Part shown: piece by piece, positions 1 to 11,687 of the stretch
How positions within the stretch are numbered: the stretch's first letter is position 1
How the letters are laid out: each line of letters opens with the position of its first letter
Assembly (NCBI GenBank): GCA_002269645.1
Contig: NIVC01001002.1
Location: 1-45,153, forward strand
Direction of reading: 5' to 3'
Length of the DNA: 45,153 nt
Source of the DNA: Macrostomum lignano
Taxonomy: Eukaryota
Translations under genes and position numbers: made by a program
The notes under the pieces: generated by a model
What the model saw: only the letters and a program-made list of their open reading frames with translations
What the model was told of the DNA's origin: nothing
The model's database searches: none

Positions 1-89
1 AGAGCTGCAGTAGCAGAAGACCAGGATGCAAATAAAGAGAGCGAGCCGGAACTGAGCCGGAAGTAATCGATACTTCGCTTTGTTACTAT

Positions 90-420
90 CAGCCCTTTAG
101 TCACAAATGCAATCTTTGCATCCAAAAACTGGAATTGAATTGGAATTTAGACTCAGAAATTGAAGTGATAATTGATAGGGGGCATGCAGTCCACCAGACC
201 TGACTGTGGGGTTTCTTATCTATCCATTGGCATCTGACTTGCTTGCATTGCCATTGCGTTCGAATTTGAGACCAGCAGCTCAGGCCAAGGTTGACTGTTT
301 TTCGCATTGATGGTCCCGAGGATAATTAGCCTGCCGTGTCGCGATGCTTTGGGAACACCTTAATTCTATGGTTGGATTTCGCCAATTGCTAATTGAGTAT
401 AGGGGGGTCCAAGGAGGGTA
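90..420 (-). mobile_element. Possible decayed LINE APE-endonuclease remnant
   Basis: RLIILGTINAKN at about 300-333 resembles the IILGD(F/I)NA motif. The rest is not interpretable. Confidence 0.25.
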
Positions 421-595
421 AGATGTGTGTGCAGAGAGTAGAAAGGTTAAAAAGAGAGACAATTAAGAGAGTGAGGTTATTGCAAACAAAAAGGGAAAGG
501 CAGTGTTTTAGTTACAGGGACTGAGGAGTGAGTGTATAAGGGGAGATAGGAGGCAATAGATAGAGTAAGATTTTATATGGTAGAGGAGAGAGAAT

Positions 596-596
<1 letters not shown>

Positions 597-654
<58 letters not shown>

Positions 655-985
655 AAAGAGTGAGAAAGAGATGAGAGAGAGGGAGATTAAAAGAGTGAGA
701 AAGAGATGAGAGAGAGAGAGATGAAAAGAGTGAGAAAGAGATGAGAGAGAGGGAGATTAAAAGAGTGAGAAAGAGATGAGAGAGAGGGAGATGAAAAGAG
801 TGAGAAAGAGATGAGAGAGAGGGAGATGAAAAGAGTGAGAAAGAGATGAGAGAGAGGGAGATGAAAAGAGTGAGAAAGAGATAGAGAGAAGAGAGAAAGA
901 TAAAGAGAGTTAGATAGAGAGAATAGAGGAATATGAAGAGAGTGAGATAGAGAGAAGGAGTTAGAAAGTGAGATAGAGAGGGGTG
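597..985 (+). repeat. (GA)n followed by a 35-bp purine-rich minisatellite
   Basis: The unit ATGAAAAGAGTGAGAAAGAGATGAGAGAGAGGGAG starts at 651, 686, 721 and so on. Confidence 0.9.
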
Positions 986-1611
986 CTGGGGTTTTATAGA
1001 ACCCTAATTGCTCTATCTGGATAGAAACTGCACAAAAGCACTAAAAGTGTGACTAAAAACTGAAAGCTAGAACAGCAGTCTTTCCTAAGCTACAGTGTAT
1101 ATCCGTAAACTATAGTTAAATACCGGGTATAACATTAAGTCCGAGTTTTAGAGAACTCGCAGTGATCTCCCGTTGAGTTCGAGATCACCGTTGTATCCCT
1201 TCTTCTACTGGTATATGAATTTACTAACTTATTATGCTATGAATGCCTCCAGGCGATATTTGAGTAAAACTGCGACTCAAAAACCATAGAGGGTTTGCAT
1301 TCGTTTTTATCACCTCGAATTTCGACTAGCAAATTATCCGGAGTCCGTAGCTGCAAATAACCATGATATTAGAAAATTTGCGGATAGACTTTGGGTCTGC
1401 ATACAGCTTATTATATCAATACAATAGGCTATGCAGAATGCTTTTGGTTTAGCGAGAAATCTGTTACGTAATCTTGCACCAGCGCCCTCGCACTCGCCCA
1501 ATTGGCAGCATAATATATGACTAAATAAATAATTATTTACCTCCATATGGGCAGATGTGATGAGATTTTGCAATTCAATTTAGATAGGGACGCTATCTAA
1601 ATCTATTTATG

Positions 1612-2930
1612 GGTCTCTGCGTCTCCTGTCCCTCTTGTCTCTCTCTCTCTCTTGTCTCTCCCTCTCTTGTATCTCTCTCCCTCTCTTGTCTCTCTCTCTC
1701 TTGTCTCTCCCTCTCTTGTCTCTCTCTCTCTTGTCTCTCCCTCTCTTGTCTCTCCCTCTCTTGTCTCTCTCTCTCTCTCTCTTGTCTCTCCCTCTCTTGT
1801 CTCTCCCTCTCTTGTCTCTCCCTCTCTTGTCTCTCCCTCTCTTGTCTCTCTCTCTCTCTCTCTCTTGTCTCTCCCTCTCTTGTCTCTCTCTCTCTTGTCT
1901 CTCCCTCTCTTGTCTCTCTCTCTCTTGTCTCTCCCTCTCTTGTCTCTCCCTCTCTTGTCTCTCTCTCTCTCTCTCTCTTGTCTCTCCCTCTCTTGTCTCT
2001 CCCTCTCTTGTCTCTCCCTCTCTTGTCTCTCTCTCTCTCTTGTCTCTCCCTCTCTTGTCTCTCCCTCTCTTGTCTCTCCTTTCTTGTCTCTCTCTCCCTC
2101 TCTTGTCTCTCCCTCTCTTGTCTCTCCCTCTCTTGTCTCTCCCTCTCTTGTCTCTCTCTCCCTCTCTTGTCTCTCTCCCTCTCTTGTCTCTCTCTCTCTT
2201 GTCTCTCTCTCTCTCTCTTGTCTCTCCCTCTCTTGTCTCTCTCTCTCTTGTCTCTCCCTCTCTTGTCTCTCTCTCTCTTGTCTCTCCCTCTCTTGTCTCT
2301 CCCTCTCTTGTCTCTCCCTCTCTTGTCTCTCTCTCCCTCTCTTGTCTCTCTCTCCCTCTCTTGTATCTCTCTCCTCTCTTGTCTCTCTCTCTCTCTCTTG
2401 TCTCTCCCTCTCTTGTCTCTCTCTCTCTTGTCTCTCCCTCTCTTGTCTCTCTCTCTCTTGTCTCTCCCTCTCTTGTCTCTCCCTCTCTTGTCTCTCCCTC
2501 TCTTGTCTCTCTCTCCCTCTCTTGTATCTCTCTCCCTCTCTTGTCTCTCTCTCTCTTGTCTCTCCCTCTCTTGTCTCTCTCTCTCTTGTCTCTCCCTCTC
2601 TTGTCTCTCTCTCTCTTGTCTCTCTCTCTCTTGTCTCTCTCTCTCTTGTCTCTCTCTCTCTTGTCTCTCTCTCTCTCTTGTCTCTCCCTCTCTTGTCTCT
2701 CTCTCTCTCTCTTGTCTCTCCCTCTCTTGTCTCTCTCTCTCTTGTCTCTCCCTCTCTTGTCTCTCTCTCTCTTGTCTCTCTCTGTCTTGTCTCTCCCTGT
2801 CTTGTCTCCCTATCTTGTTTCTCCCTGTCTTATCTCCTTCTCTTGTGTCTCCCTCCCTTGTATCTCATTCTTCTGTTCCCCCGTCCCGCCACAGAATCCT
2901 GTCTCCCTCTATCTTGTCTGTCAGCCCCCT
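1612..2930 (+). repeat. Pyrimidine-rich minisatellite, about 15-17-bp unit CTCTCTTGTCTCTCC with variable CT length
   Basis: Directly visible. It explains the three overlapping L/S-rich ORFs. Confidence 0.95.
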
Positions 2931-3682
2931 TCTCTCGAAGTCTGCAACATGCACACTGCTACAACGAAATTGCTACAGTCTTCTATTCGTAGAAGTCAAC
3001 AGCGCAAAGCTCTAATCCAGTAAGGCTTGCCAAAGTATCAATTTTTGATTCCGCTTGTACAGCGCCGCATGGGAACCGGCTGCAGAACAGAAACTCTTTA
3101 AAAAATTGGCTTTTGCCTTGTTTCTCGGACATAAGCTTGGAAGAAAATGCCGATAGAAGGTTGAAGAATCTTGCCTCCCAGTCAGGCACTGTAACTGTTA
3201 TGGGACAACCCCCATTCTCTACATTCCAGCAGAGCCAAGAAATTAAAACTATGCTAGTTAGTTCCAACACAGATCCACTGTAATCTTTATAACCAACTTA
3301 CGATATAAATGTAAGATGAGCCTAAACAGCATAACCATAACCATACACGTAGTTGTCAATCAATCAACTCTAAAAGCAATTGTCATCTGACATTTTTCTC
3401 CTAGATAGCTTAAACCATGCTTGGTTTCTAACTGCCAAAGTCGAACTAATCAAAATCGGGCTATTGCAATGGCGTTGATCTTTTTGGTAAATTGCTAGGG
3501 CCCCGGGGGTACCTCGGCTTCCATCGAAGCTCAAGCTTCACTTGGTTACTATTGGAAAGTGCTAATTAGAATACCTACACGTATATTTATTTCACTGAAT
3601 CCCCCACCCCCAATGTCCTACGGTTTTGTTACTGAATTAAAATTGACACATTGAAGATAATAATGGCCGGTTTCTGAGCTGT

Positions 3683-4062
3683 AGATGGCGCCCCTCCGTT
3701 CCAGATTGGCGTCACTCAGATCCCAAATGGCGCCACTCAGATCCCAAATGGCGCCACTCAGATCCCAAATGGCACCACTCAGATCCCAAATGGCGCCACT
3801 CAGATCCCAAATGGCACCACTCAGATCCCAAATCGCGCCACTCAAATCCCAAATGGCGCCACTCAGATCCCAAATGGCGCCACTCAGATCTCAAATGGCG
3901 CCACTCAGATCCCAAATGGCACCACTCAGATCCCAAATGGCGCCACTCAGATCCCAAATAGCGCCACTCAGATCCCAAATGGCGCCACTCAGATCCCAAA
4001 TGGCGCCACTCAGATCCCAAATGGCGCCACTCAGATCCCAAATGGCGCCACTCAGATCCCAA
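3683..4062 (+). repeat. 21-bp minisatellite CTCAGATCCCAAATGGCGCCA (about 17 copies)
   Basis: Directly visible; 7-aa periodicity in the ORF track. Confidence 0.97.
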
Positions 4063-4450
4063 ACACGCAGCGACATATAAGGATTAATTCAAAACAGGGG
4101 CCACTGAGAAATCGGAGACCAACCCAGACTGCATCTATTTATAGAACTTTCCAGTTAGTCAGGCACAGTTTTGTATAATACAAGCCAAGCTAATTAGCAA
4201 GTCTAATTTGTGACGGTGGCGCATTTGTAATTTGGCAATGGTTTGATATCTGAGATATACATGTGGACAGCATGCGGAACTCACGCAAGACTCCAGCCTA
4301 GGATATCAGATGGGGAATTACAATAGAGGTATGACTCGGCAGATAGACAAAAATCAGAGAAGATTAAAGCTTTTAAAATCCATCATTCCTTAATCCTTAA
4401 ATTCTTCACAAAGCAACATGTATCTGTCTTAGTGTTTTAACTTTCATGTT

Positions 4451-5609
4451 CAGATGGGCGCCCCTCAGATCTTGATTGGCGCCCCTCAGATCTTGATTGG
4501 CGCCCCTCAGATCTTGATTGGCGCCCCTCAGATCTTGATTGGCGCCCCTCAGATCTTGATTGGCGCCCCTCAGATCTAGATTGACGCCCCTCAGATCTAG
4601 ATTGACGCCCTTTAGATCTAGATTGACGCCCCTCAGATCCAGTTTGGCATCCCTCAGATCTAGATTGGTGCCCCTCAGATCTATATTGGCGCCCCTCAGA
4701 TCTTGATTGGCGCCCCTCAGATCTTGATTGGCGCCCCTCAGATCTAGATTGACGCCCCTCAGATCTAGATTGACGCCCTTTAGATCTAGATTGACGCCCC
4801 TCAGATCCAGTTTGGCATCCCTCAGATCTAGATTGGTGCCCCTCAGATCTATATTGGCGCCCCTCAGATCTTGATTGGCGCCCCTCAGATCTAGATTGAC
4901 GCCCCTCAGATCTAGATTGACGCCCCTCAGATCTAGATTGGCGCCTATTGGATCTAGATTGGTGCCTATTGGATCTAGATTGGTGCCCATCAGATCTAGA
5001 TTGGCGCCTATCGGATTTAGATTGGTGCCCCTCAGATCTAGATTGATGCCCCTCAGATCTAGATTGGCGCCCCTCAGATCTAGATTGGCGCCCCTCAGAT
5101 CTAGATTGACGCCCCTCAGATCTAGATTGGCGCCTCAGATCTAGATTGACGCCCCTCAGATCTTGATTGGTGCCCCTCAGATCTTGATTGGCGCCCCTCA
5201 GATCTAGATTGACGCCCCTCAGATCTAGATTGGCGCCCCTCAGATCTAGATTGACGCCCCTCAGATCTTGATTGGTGCCCCTCAGATCTTGATTGGCGCC
5301 CCTCAGATCTAGATTGGCGCCCCTCAGATCTAGATTGACGCCCCTCAGATCTAGATTGACGCCCCTCAGATCTAGATTGGCGCCCCTCAGATCTAGATTG
5401 GTGCCTATCGGATCTAGATTGGTGCCTATCGGATCTAGATTGGTGCCCATCAGATCTAGATTGGCGCCTATCGGATCTAGATTGGTGCCCATCAGATCTA
5501 GATTGACGCCCCTCAGATCTAGATTGGCGCCCCTCAGATCTAGATTGGTGCCTATCGGATCTAGATTGGTGCCCATCAGATCCCAAATGGCGCCCTTCGG
5601 ATCCCAAAC
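4451..5609 (+). repeat. 21-bp minisatellite CCCTCAGATCTAGATTGGCGC (about 55 copies)
   Basis: Directly visible; variant units TTGACGCC, TTGGTGCC and CCTATCGG. Confidence 0.97.
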
Positions 5610-5995
5610 AAGCAGCTACATTATACAGGGTTATACATATTCCGGGTGGCTCTGGAACAGCCTTGGCCTTAATTTGAACTCTTCTGCTGAACAGCTGGCA
5701 GTCGTGAGAGAGTGGAGCGAAAAACCTGGGGAAACCCGAGTGGCTACAGGTTTTGCAAAGCATTAAATTTTTTTATTACACAACAAAATTCCTTTCTAGC
5801 TCGTACTAAGCCAAGTCTGGAAGTTTGCTTTTAGAAATTATTTTATCGAATGCTTGTTCCTGTGTTGCATAAATATAATGCTCCGGTGCATAGGAAACCT
5901 TATTGCTTCTGCTCGAATCTTACACTGCGATTTTGCTGGCTTTTGTGCCTGGCACAGACGGAAGATTTTGCTCTGTGTTACTCTTTTTGTATCAT

Positions 5996-6880
5996 TCTCC
6001 CTCTCCCACATCTCCCCCCTCTGTCTCCCTCTCCCACATCTCCCCCTCTGCCTCTCTCTCCCACATCTCCCCCTCTGCCTTCCTCTCCCATATCTTTCCC
6101 TCTGCCTCTCTCTCCCACATCTCCCCCCTCTGCCTCCCTCTCCCACATCTCTCCCCTCTGCCTCCCTCTCCCACATCTCCCCCTCTGCCTCCCTCTCCCA
6201 CATCTCCCCCCTCTGTCTCCCTCTCCCACATCTCCCCCTCTGTCTCCCTCTCCCACATCTCCCCCTCTGTCTCCCTCTCCCACATCTCCCCCCTGTCTCC
6301 CTCTCCCACATCTCCCCCCCTGTCTCCCTCTCCCACATCTCCCCCCTCTGTCTCCCTCTCCCACATCTCCCCCCTCTGTCTCCCTCTCCCACATCTCCCC
6401 CTCTGCCTCTCTCTCCCACATCTCCCCCCCTGTCTCCCTCTCCCACATCTCCCCCTCTGTCTCCCTCTCCCACATCTCCCCCCTGTCTCCCTCTCCCACA
6501 TCTCCCCCCCCTGTCTCCCTCTCCCACATCTCCCCCCTCTGTCTCCCTCTCCCACATCTCCCCCTCTGTCTCCCTCTCCCACATCTCCCCCCCTCTCCCA
6601 CATCTCCCCCCCCTGCCTCCCTCTCCCACATCTCCCCCTCTGCCTCCCTCTCCCACGTCTCCCCCTGCCTCTCTCTCCCACATCTCTCCTCTGCCTCTCC
6701 CCCCATCTCCCCCTCTGCCTCTCTCTCTCTCTCCCACATCTCACCTCTTCCTCTCCCCCCATCTGCCCCTCAGCCTCTCCCCCCTATCTCCCCCTCTGCC
6801 TCTCTCCCTCATCTCCCTCTCTGTGCCTCTCCCTCCCTCATCTCTTCCTCCTTCTGCCTCTCTCGCCCTCACCTCTCCCT
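5996..6880 (+). repeat. About 27-29-bp C/T-rich minisatellite CTCCCTCTCCCACATCTCCCCCTCTG(T/C)
   Basis: Directly visible; degenerates after about 6740. Confidence 0.95.
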
Positions 6881-6949
6881 CTCACTATCCCACCATGAAA
6901 TCAGCACAAGACAGACCAAAGCAATCAAAGAGGCATCAGAGGCATCAGA

Positions 6950-7450
6950 GGCAGCAGAGCACGCATGCGCCTTTGCCCTGACCGCAAGCAAAGCAGACGA
7001 AACAAAGCACACACACACACACACAGACGAAGCAATTGTTGGACAAAGTCTTCTTTTGCCAAGACAGGACAAGGGCCTCCCTTGGCTCCTTCCTGAGGCC
7101 CAGAGCGCCTTACACCCTCTCCGGGACGCGAACCAAAACACCCCCACACAAGTTTCATTGGCCCAGCCCAGAAGCACGTTTGGCCCCTCTCTCCTGGCTT
7201 CACGTACACTGCCAGAACACGCAGCCTTCTGGACCCCAACCCCTGGCCTCCAGGTCACGGAGGCCCCACACAGTTATGCCAGACGCCCATTGGACCAGAG
7301 AATCCGAGTCACTCAGTCCCGGAGAGGCCCGACGCTGGGAGTGGGAGGACCTCAACCTCAACCTCCGCTACCCCTTATAACCCGGCCGTGAACCCGGCTC
7401 CGAGCCCGCTTCCATCGCAGCCAGGTCCCCTCTGGACAGACGCAGAGTCA
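6950..7450 (-). mobile_element. Possible highly decayed RNase H (LINE) remnant
   Basis: Ordered but degenerate motifs in shifting frames: CDGSGLGAG, LSDSDSLVQ, VFW, RASGLG (compare TDGS..GAG, SDS, W.PGH, ERADELAK). Confidence 0.3.
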
Positions 7451-7520
7451 GATAAGCTACTAGTACTAGATAGCTGAGCGATTTTTCTATAGAATAAGAC
7501 CTTCAGTCAGTATAATAGTC

Positions 7521-7546
7521 ATTTTATTTTTAACTGTTTCCCTTAG
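7521..7546 (+). promoter_or_regulatory. 3' splice acceptor just upstream of the Cdc25 ATG (5'UTR intron or SL trans-splice site)
   Basis: U-rich tract attttatttttaactgtttcccttAG ends 14 nt before the ATG at 7561. No nearby upstream donor was identified. Confidence 0.5.
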
Positions 7547-7560
7547 CCCCTCAATCAGCA

Positions 7561-9761
7561 ATGCCAGTTAACCAGTCGCACGAGTCAGTTGTTGTTGCCG
7601 ACGATGACAACGCCGTGTTCGCCTCCCCGATGACCAGCCTGACTCACCAGCTTTCTGGCGCCGGACTCACCCCGTCGGTGAGCGCCGGTGCAGCGGCCTC
7701 CAGCTCCGCCGTCAAGCCCGCCCTGATCAGCGACAGCGTCAGGTTCGGAATTGACGACAGCAACGACTCGCTGTTGCAGTTCCGACGGCCGACCCTGCAG
7801 CAGCAGTTCAGCTGCGAAGACGACAACGAAGACGACTGGGTGCCGGCACGCCTGCCCGGCTACGACGACGAGGAGAACGCGGCGACGACTGACTGCAACG
7901 GGACGCCGATCCGGTCGAGGACGACGGCGGCTGCTCCGGCGTTCTGCTCGTCACCGTCGGAGCCGACGCTTCGCCGACGCCTCTGGTCGCCGATGGCAGC
8001 CGGCAATGCCGCCAGGAGCGGCACCGGCGCTCCTCAGCAGCCGGCGAACGAGCCGCGCCTCGCCACGGTGCCGCTGTTCGGCTTCTCGTCCAGCCCGACG
8101 TCGATGCAGGCGCCGCCGCCGCCGCCGAGGCCTCCGCCAGCAACGGCGGCTAGAAGTCAGCAGCAGCCACGAAGGCGCAGCTTCAAGCGTCCCTCGCCGG
8201 TGAGCCAGCCGGAGCAGCCGCAGCAGCCGCTGGACCAGACGCCGAAAACGGCCACTCCGAAGCGCCGACGACTCGGCCGAACTCCCCTCGGCGATTCGAC
8301 CAATTCAAAGGCGCCGTCAGCGACTTCAGAGCTTCAACATCAGCAGCATCAACAGTCAAAGAAGCCGCCGCTGCTCCAGCGCTGCACCAGCGAGATGAGC
8401 GCCCTGAATAGCAAGCGCGGCAGCACCCTGGACTCCGACAAGGTGGACAAGGCCATCGCTTCAATCGACTCGTTAAATTTGATTGGCAACTCTGAGCAGC
8501 AGCACTCGCTGCCCACTGTCAAGGAGATGGACTACGGCATCCGCTACGTGACCGCCGCCACGGTCAGCGGCCTGCTGAGGGGCGAATTCGCCGACAGGGT
8601 GCCGAACTATCAAATAATCGACTGCCGCTATCCCTATGAGTTCGACGGCGGCCACATCCAGGGCGCTATTAATATTTACAAGCAGGTCAGTTTGCAAAAA
8701 TTGCTTACAGTAGAGTGTAAAGAAAAATTAGCGTGTTTTTTGTTATCGATAGAAATTTTACTAAAAGTTACAACAAAAATTTTCTTTTCCAAGGAGGACC
8801 TGCTGTCCACCATTGTTGAACCGGCGGTGGCCGCGGCGGCCTCGGGCAACGCCGTCGAGTCTCCCCGACCGGTTCTGATTTTCCACTGCGAATTCAGCAG
8901 CGAACGGGCGCCGAAGCTGGCGAGGTTTCTTAGACAGACAGATCGCGAGTGCAACGCTGAGAACTATCCAATTCTGCACTTCCCGGAAGTGTACCTGCTG
9001 AAGGACGGGTACAAGAGCTTCTTCAATGCGCACAAGGTAACACACAAGTCGACGTTGAGTTAAAGAAAAATTAGCCAATTACTGGGTTAGCTCTACTTAA
9101 AGTAGTAGTAGTCAGAAAAATCCTGTTTTTTTAAAACGTTTAAAAATTTGGATTTTAAGCATTCAAACAGAAAATACACAAATACAAATCAATTGCAAAA
9201 CAGACTGAACTTTTTCTAAGAATTTGTATTGGATTCTAAGAAACAATTAAAAAGTATTTTAATACGATAAATCTGAAACGTTATTTGATTTCTCAGAAGC
9301 GAAAAAGATAGTGTCAGACGGGTTGCTGTTTCTTAGAAAGTGTCAGACGGGTTGCTGTTTCTTAGAAAGTGTCAGACGGGTTGCAGTTTCTTAGAAAGTC
9401 TCAGACGGATTGCAGTTTCTTGGAAAGTTTCTGTCTCAGACGGATTGCAGTTTCTTAGAAAGTGTCAGACGGGTGGCAGTTTCTTAGAAAGTGTCGGACG
9501 GGTTGCAGTTTCTTAGAAAGTGTCGGACGGGTTGCAGTTTCTTAGAAAGTGTCAGACGGGTTGCAGTTTCTTAGAAAGTCGGTCCCGCTCCCCGCCCGCC
9601 AGGAGGACTGTCAGCCTCAATTTTATCGCCGAATGTCCGATCCGGCGTTCCGCAACGAGCTGGCGGCCTTCCAGCGCGACAGGCTGGACTGGCAGCGGCG
9701 GCACAGCCACAAGCGGCACTCGCGGATGCAGCGCCTGGCCTCCTGCCAGCAGTTCCACTGA
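7561..9761 (+). CDS. CDC25: M-phase inducer phosphatase Cdc25 (String/Twine-like), about 508 aa; exons 7561-8685, 8794-9036, 9603-9761
   Basis: Rhodanese catalytic domain: IIDCRYPYEFDGGHIQGAINIY, active site HCEFSSERAP, YPILHFPEVYLLKDGYKSFF. Last exon EDCQPQFYRRM matches the Cdc25 C-terminal motif. GT-AG introns 8686-8793 and 9037-9602 are both phase 0, and the joined length of 1527 nt is 3n. The S/P/Q-rich N-terminus carries FKRP and TPKRRR. Confidence 0.95.
9311..9578 (+). repeat. 29-bp minisatellite GTGTCAGACGGGTTGCAGTTTCTTAGAAA (about 9 copies) in Cdc25 intron 2
   Basis: Directly visible. Confidence 0.95.
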
Positions 9762-10672
9762 CGCCCGACGCTTATCTACTACTTACCGTCAGTAGTAAGC
9801 GGTTGCGGATTGGAAATGTTAGCGCTATGTATATTTAACTATTTTTTTCTTATCCCTTTTTTTATCGAACTGAATCCTGAAGTCAAATTCTTTTTTTAAA
9901 GGAACCCGCCGTCACATCCTGCCTCGTTGCTACACATTTGTTTAAATAATGTCCCCTACTGGCTACTTGAGTCTTCCAAATGAGTAGTCGGATCTGTTCA
10001 TACGTTTTTCTTTTTTATCTTCAATATTAACAAAATCAGAAAAATAGTAATACTACTATTTACAACTCAAGCAACCCTCTCACTGTTTTTTAATCACTAA
10101 TTATTATTTAATTTATTGAATATTTAGCAACACAATTACGCTCGTACTAAGTTCTTTCTATTAGCAATATTCAAATTGTTCATTCTGTATTATATTCTTC
10201 AGCATAATTTCTGTTAATTATATATATATTTGCTTGTATTGTAAATATACAGACGCAGACACAAGAAGACAAAAATTCACCTTTGAATTGCTACCTGCAT
10301 GGAGGGAGAGTTTCTGTCCAATATTAGCTCGTAAAACAATTTTTTCATTTTTTTTGAAAAAAGATTTATCATATACAATTTATGATAAATTTATAAATAA
10401 ATTGGAAGTTCTGCAACACTCTGAGTGAGGGCAATAATTACAGGGGAAGAAAAACATGATTTAAATTAATCCCACAGTAGCTGAATTCTTTAGAATTTAT
10501 GACATGGGACATGGGACTTAGATAGCAATAAATTTGCTTCTAGCGCGATTTTTGCCAGATGACTGTGGGAGAAATATGCATGTATAGATGGCAGTTTTAA
10601 TTTAATTTCATGTGAGCTAGCCTTTGTTTTCTTTCTGATCGAGCTATGGGGTTGAAGCTAGATGCGTCATCT

Positions 10673-11083
10673 GGGGCGCCAAATGACTGGCAACGGGAGC
10701 TCTGAAATGGCGCCAAATGAGTGGCAATCTGAGCTCTGAAATGGCGCCAAATGAATGGCAACTGGAGCTCTGAAATGGCGCCAAATGGCAACGGGAGCGC
10801 TGAAATGGCGCCAAATGACTGGCAACGGGAGCTCTGAAATGGCGCCAAATGACTGGCAACGGGAGCGCTGAAATGGCGCCAAATGACTGGCAACGGGAGC
10901 TCTGAAATGGCGCCAAATGGCAACGGGAGCGCTGAAATGGCGCCAAATGACTGGCAACGGGAGCTCTGAAATGGCGCCAAATGAATTGCAAAGGGAGTTC
11001 TGAAATGGCGCCAAATGACTTGCAACGGGAGCTCTGAAATGGCGCCAAATGGCAACGGGAGCGCTGAAATGGCGCCAAATGAG
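10673..11083 (+). repeat. 34/30-bp minisatellite CTGAAATGGCGCCAAAT(GACT)GGCAACGGGAGCT
   Basis: Directly visible; long and short units are interspersed. Confidence 0.95.
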
Positions 11084-11687
11084 ACTGAAAGAGGGCTGAC
11101 TGAGGAATGGTGAGTGGGATTCGGGAGAATTAGGGTGTAGTGAGAAGCAGAGAGGGGAGGCAGTAGAATTGAGGCTCAGGATGCAGAGTGACTCAACCAA
11201 CGGCAGAGCATACTCGTATCTCTGCAGATCAAACTCAACCCGAGCACGCGGTTAACACGGTCGGACTCAGACAGGAAGGGGGAAGGCGCTGCCTGGGGTT
11301 GCAAATACGCGCCTAAGGGGGTCATAAAATGAAGATTGGCAGGTGTCATAAAGTTAGCGGGAAAGATCCGCCAAGCCATCGCCGGCGCCACTCCAACAGA
11401 AGCGGAAAAAAATCAAACACGGGGAATCCGCAATTTCGATTGCTGCAAAAGTACATTCATTCATTTCTCGCGGGTGCCAATTGTACCCCAATTTTTGCAC
11501 CTCCGTCTTCGCACGGATGCTTCATCGGAAAGAGAAATTCGCCTTTTATGCCGGAATCCGATTTTTCGCCATGTCAATTTCCCACCTCCGCTGGAGAAAT
11601 CTCCTCAAATAATTTTGATGCTCCGAGCTGTCTGAGTGGCGCTGTGGGGGCAGTTCTGCCTTCATAGCGGAGGATCCGGCTGGATCT

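Noticed and set aside
1609-3023. Three overlapping ORFs of 446-468 aa, rich in L/S/C/P
   Set aside because: Read-through of a CT-rich minisatellite lacking stop codons; open in all three frames with no domain.
4406-5766. Heptad-repeat ORFs (GANLDLR, RQSRSEG, LRSRLAP) resembling solenoid or pentapeptide proteins
   Set aside because: A 21-bp unit automatically gives 7-aa repeats. Several frames on both strands are open, with no splice or terminal context.
5838-7391. Pro/Ser-rich and Gly/Arg/Glu-rich ORFs of 250-513 aa
   Set aside because: Translations of the C/T-rich array on both strands.
11329-11667. Two overlapping ORFs of about 100 aa and a single E2F-type GCGGGAAA at 11357-11364
   Set aside because: No coding signature, and one motif is expected by chance.
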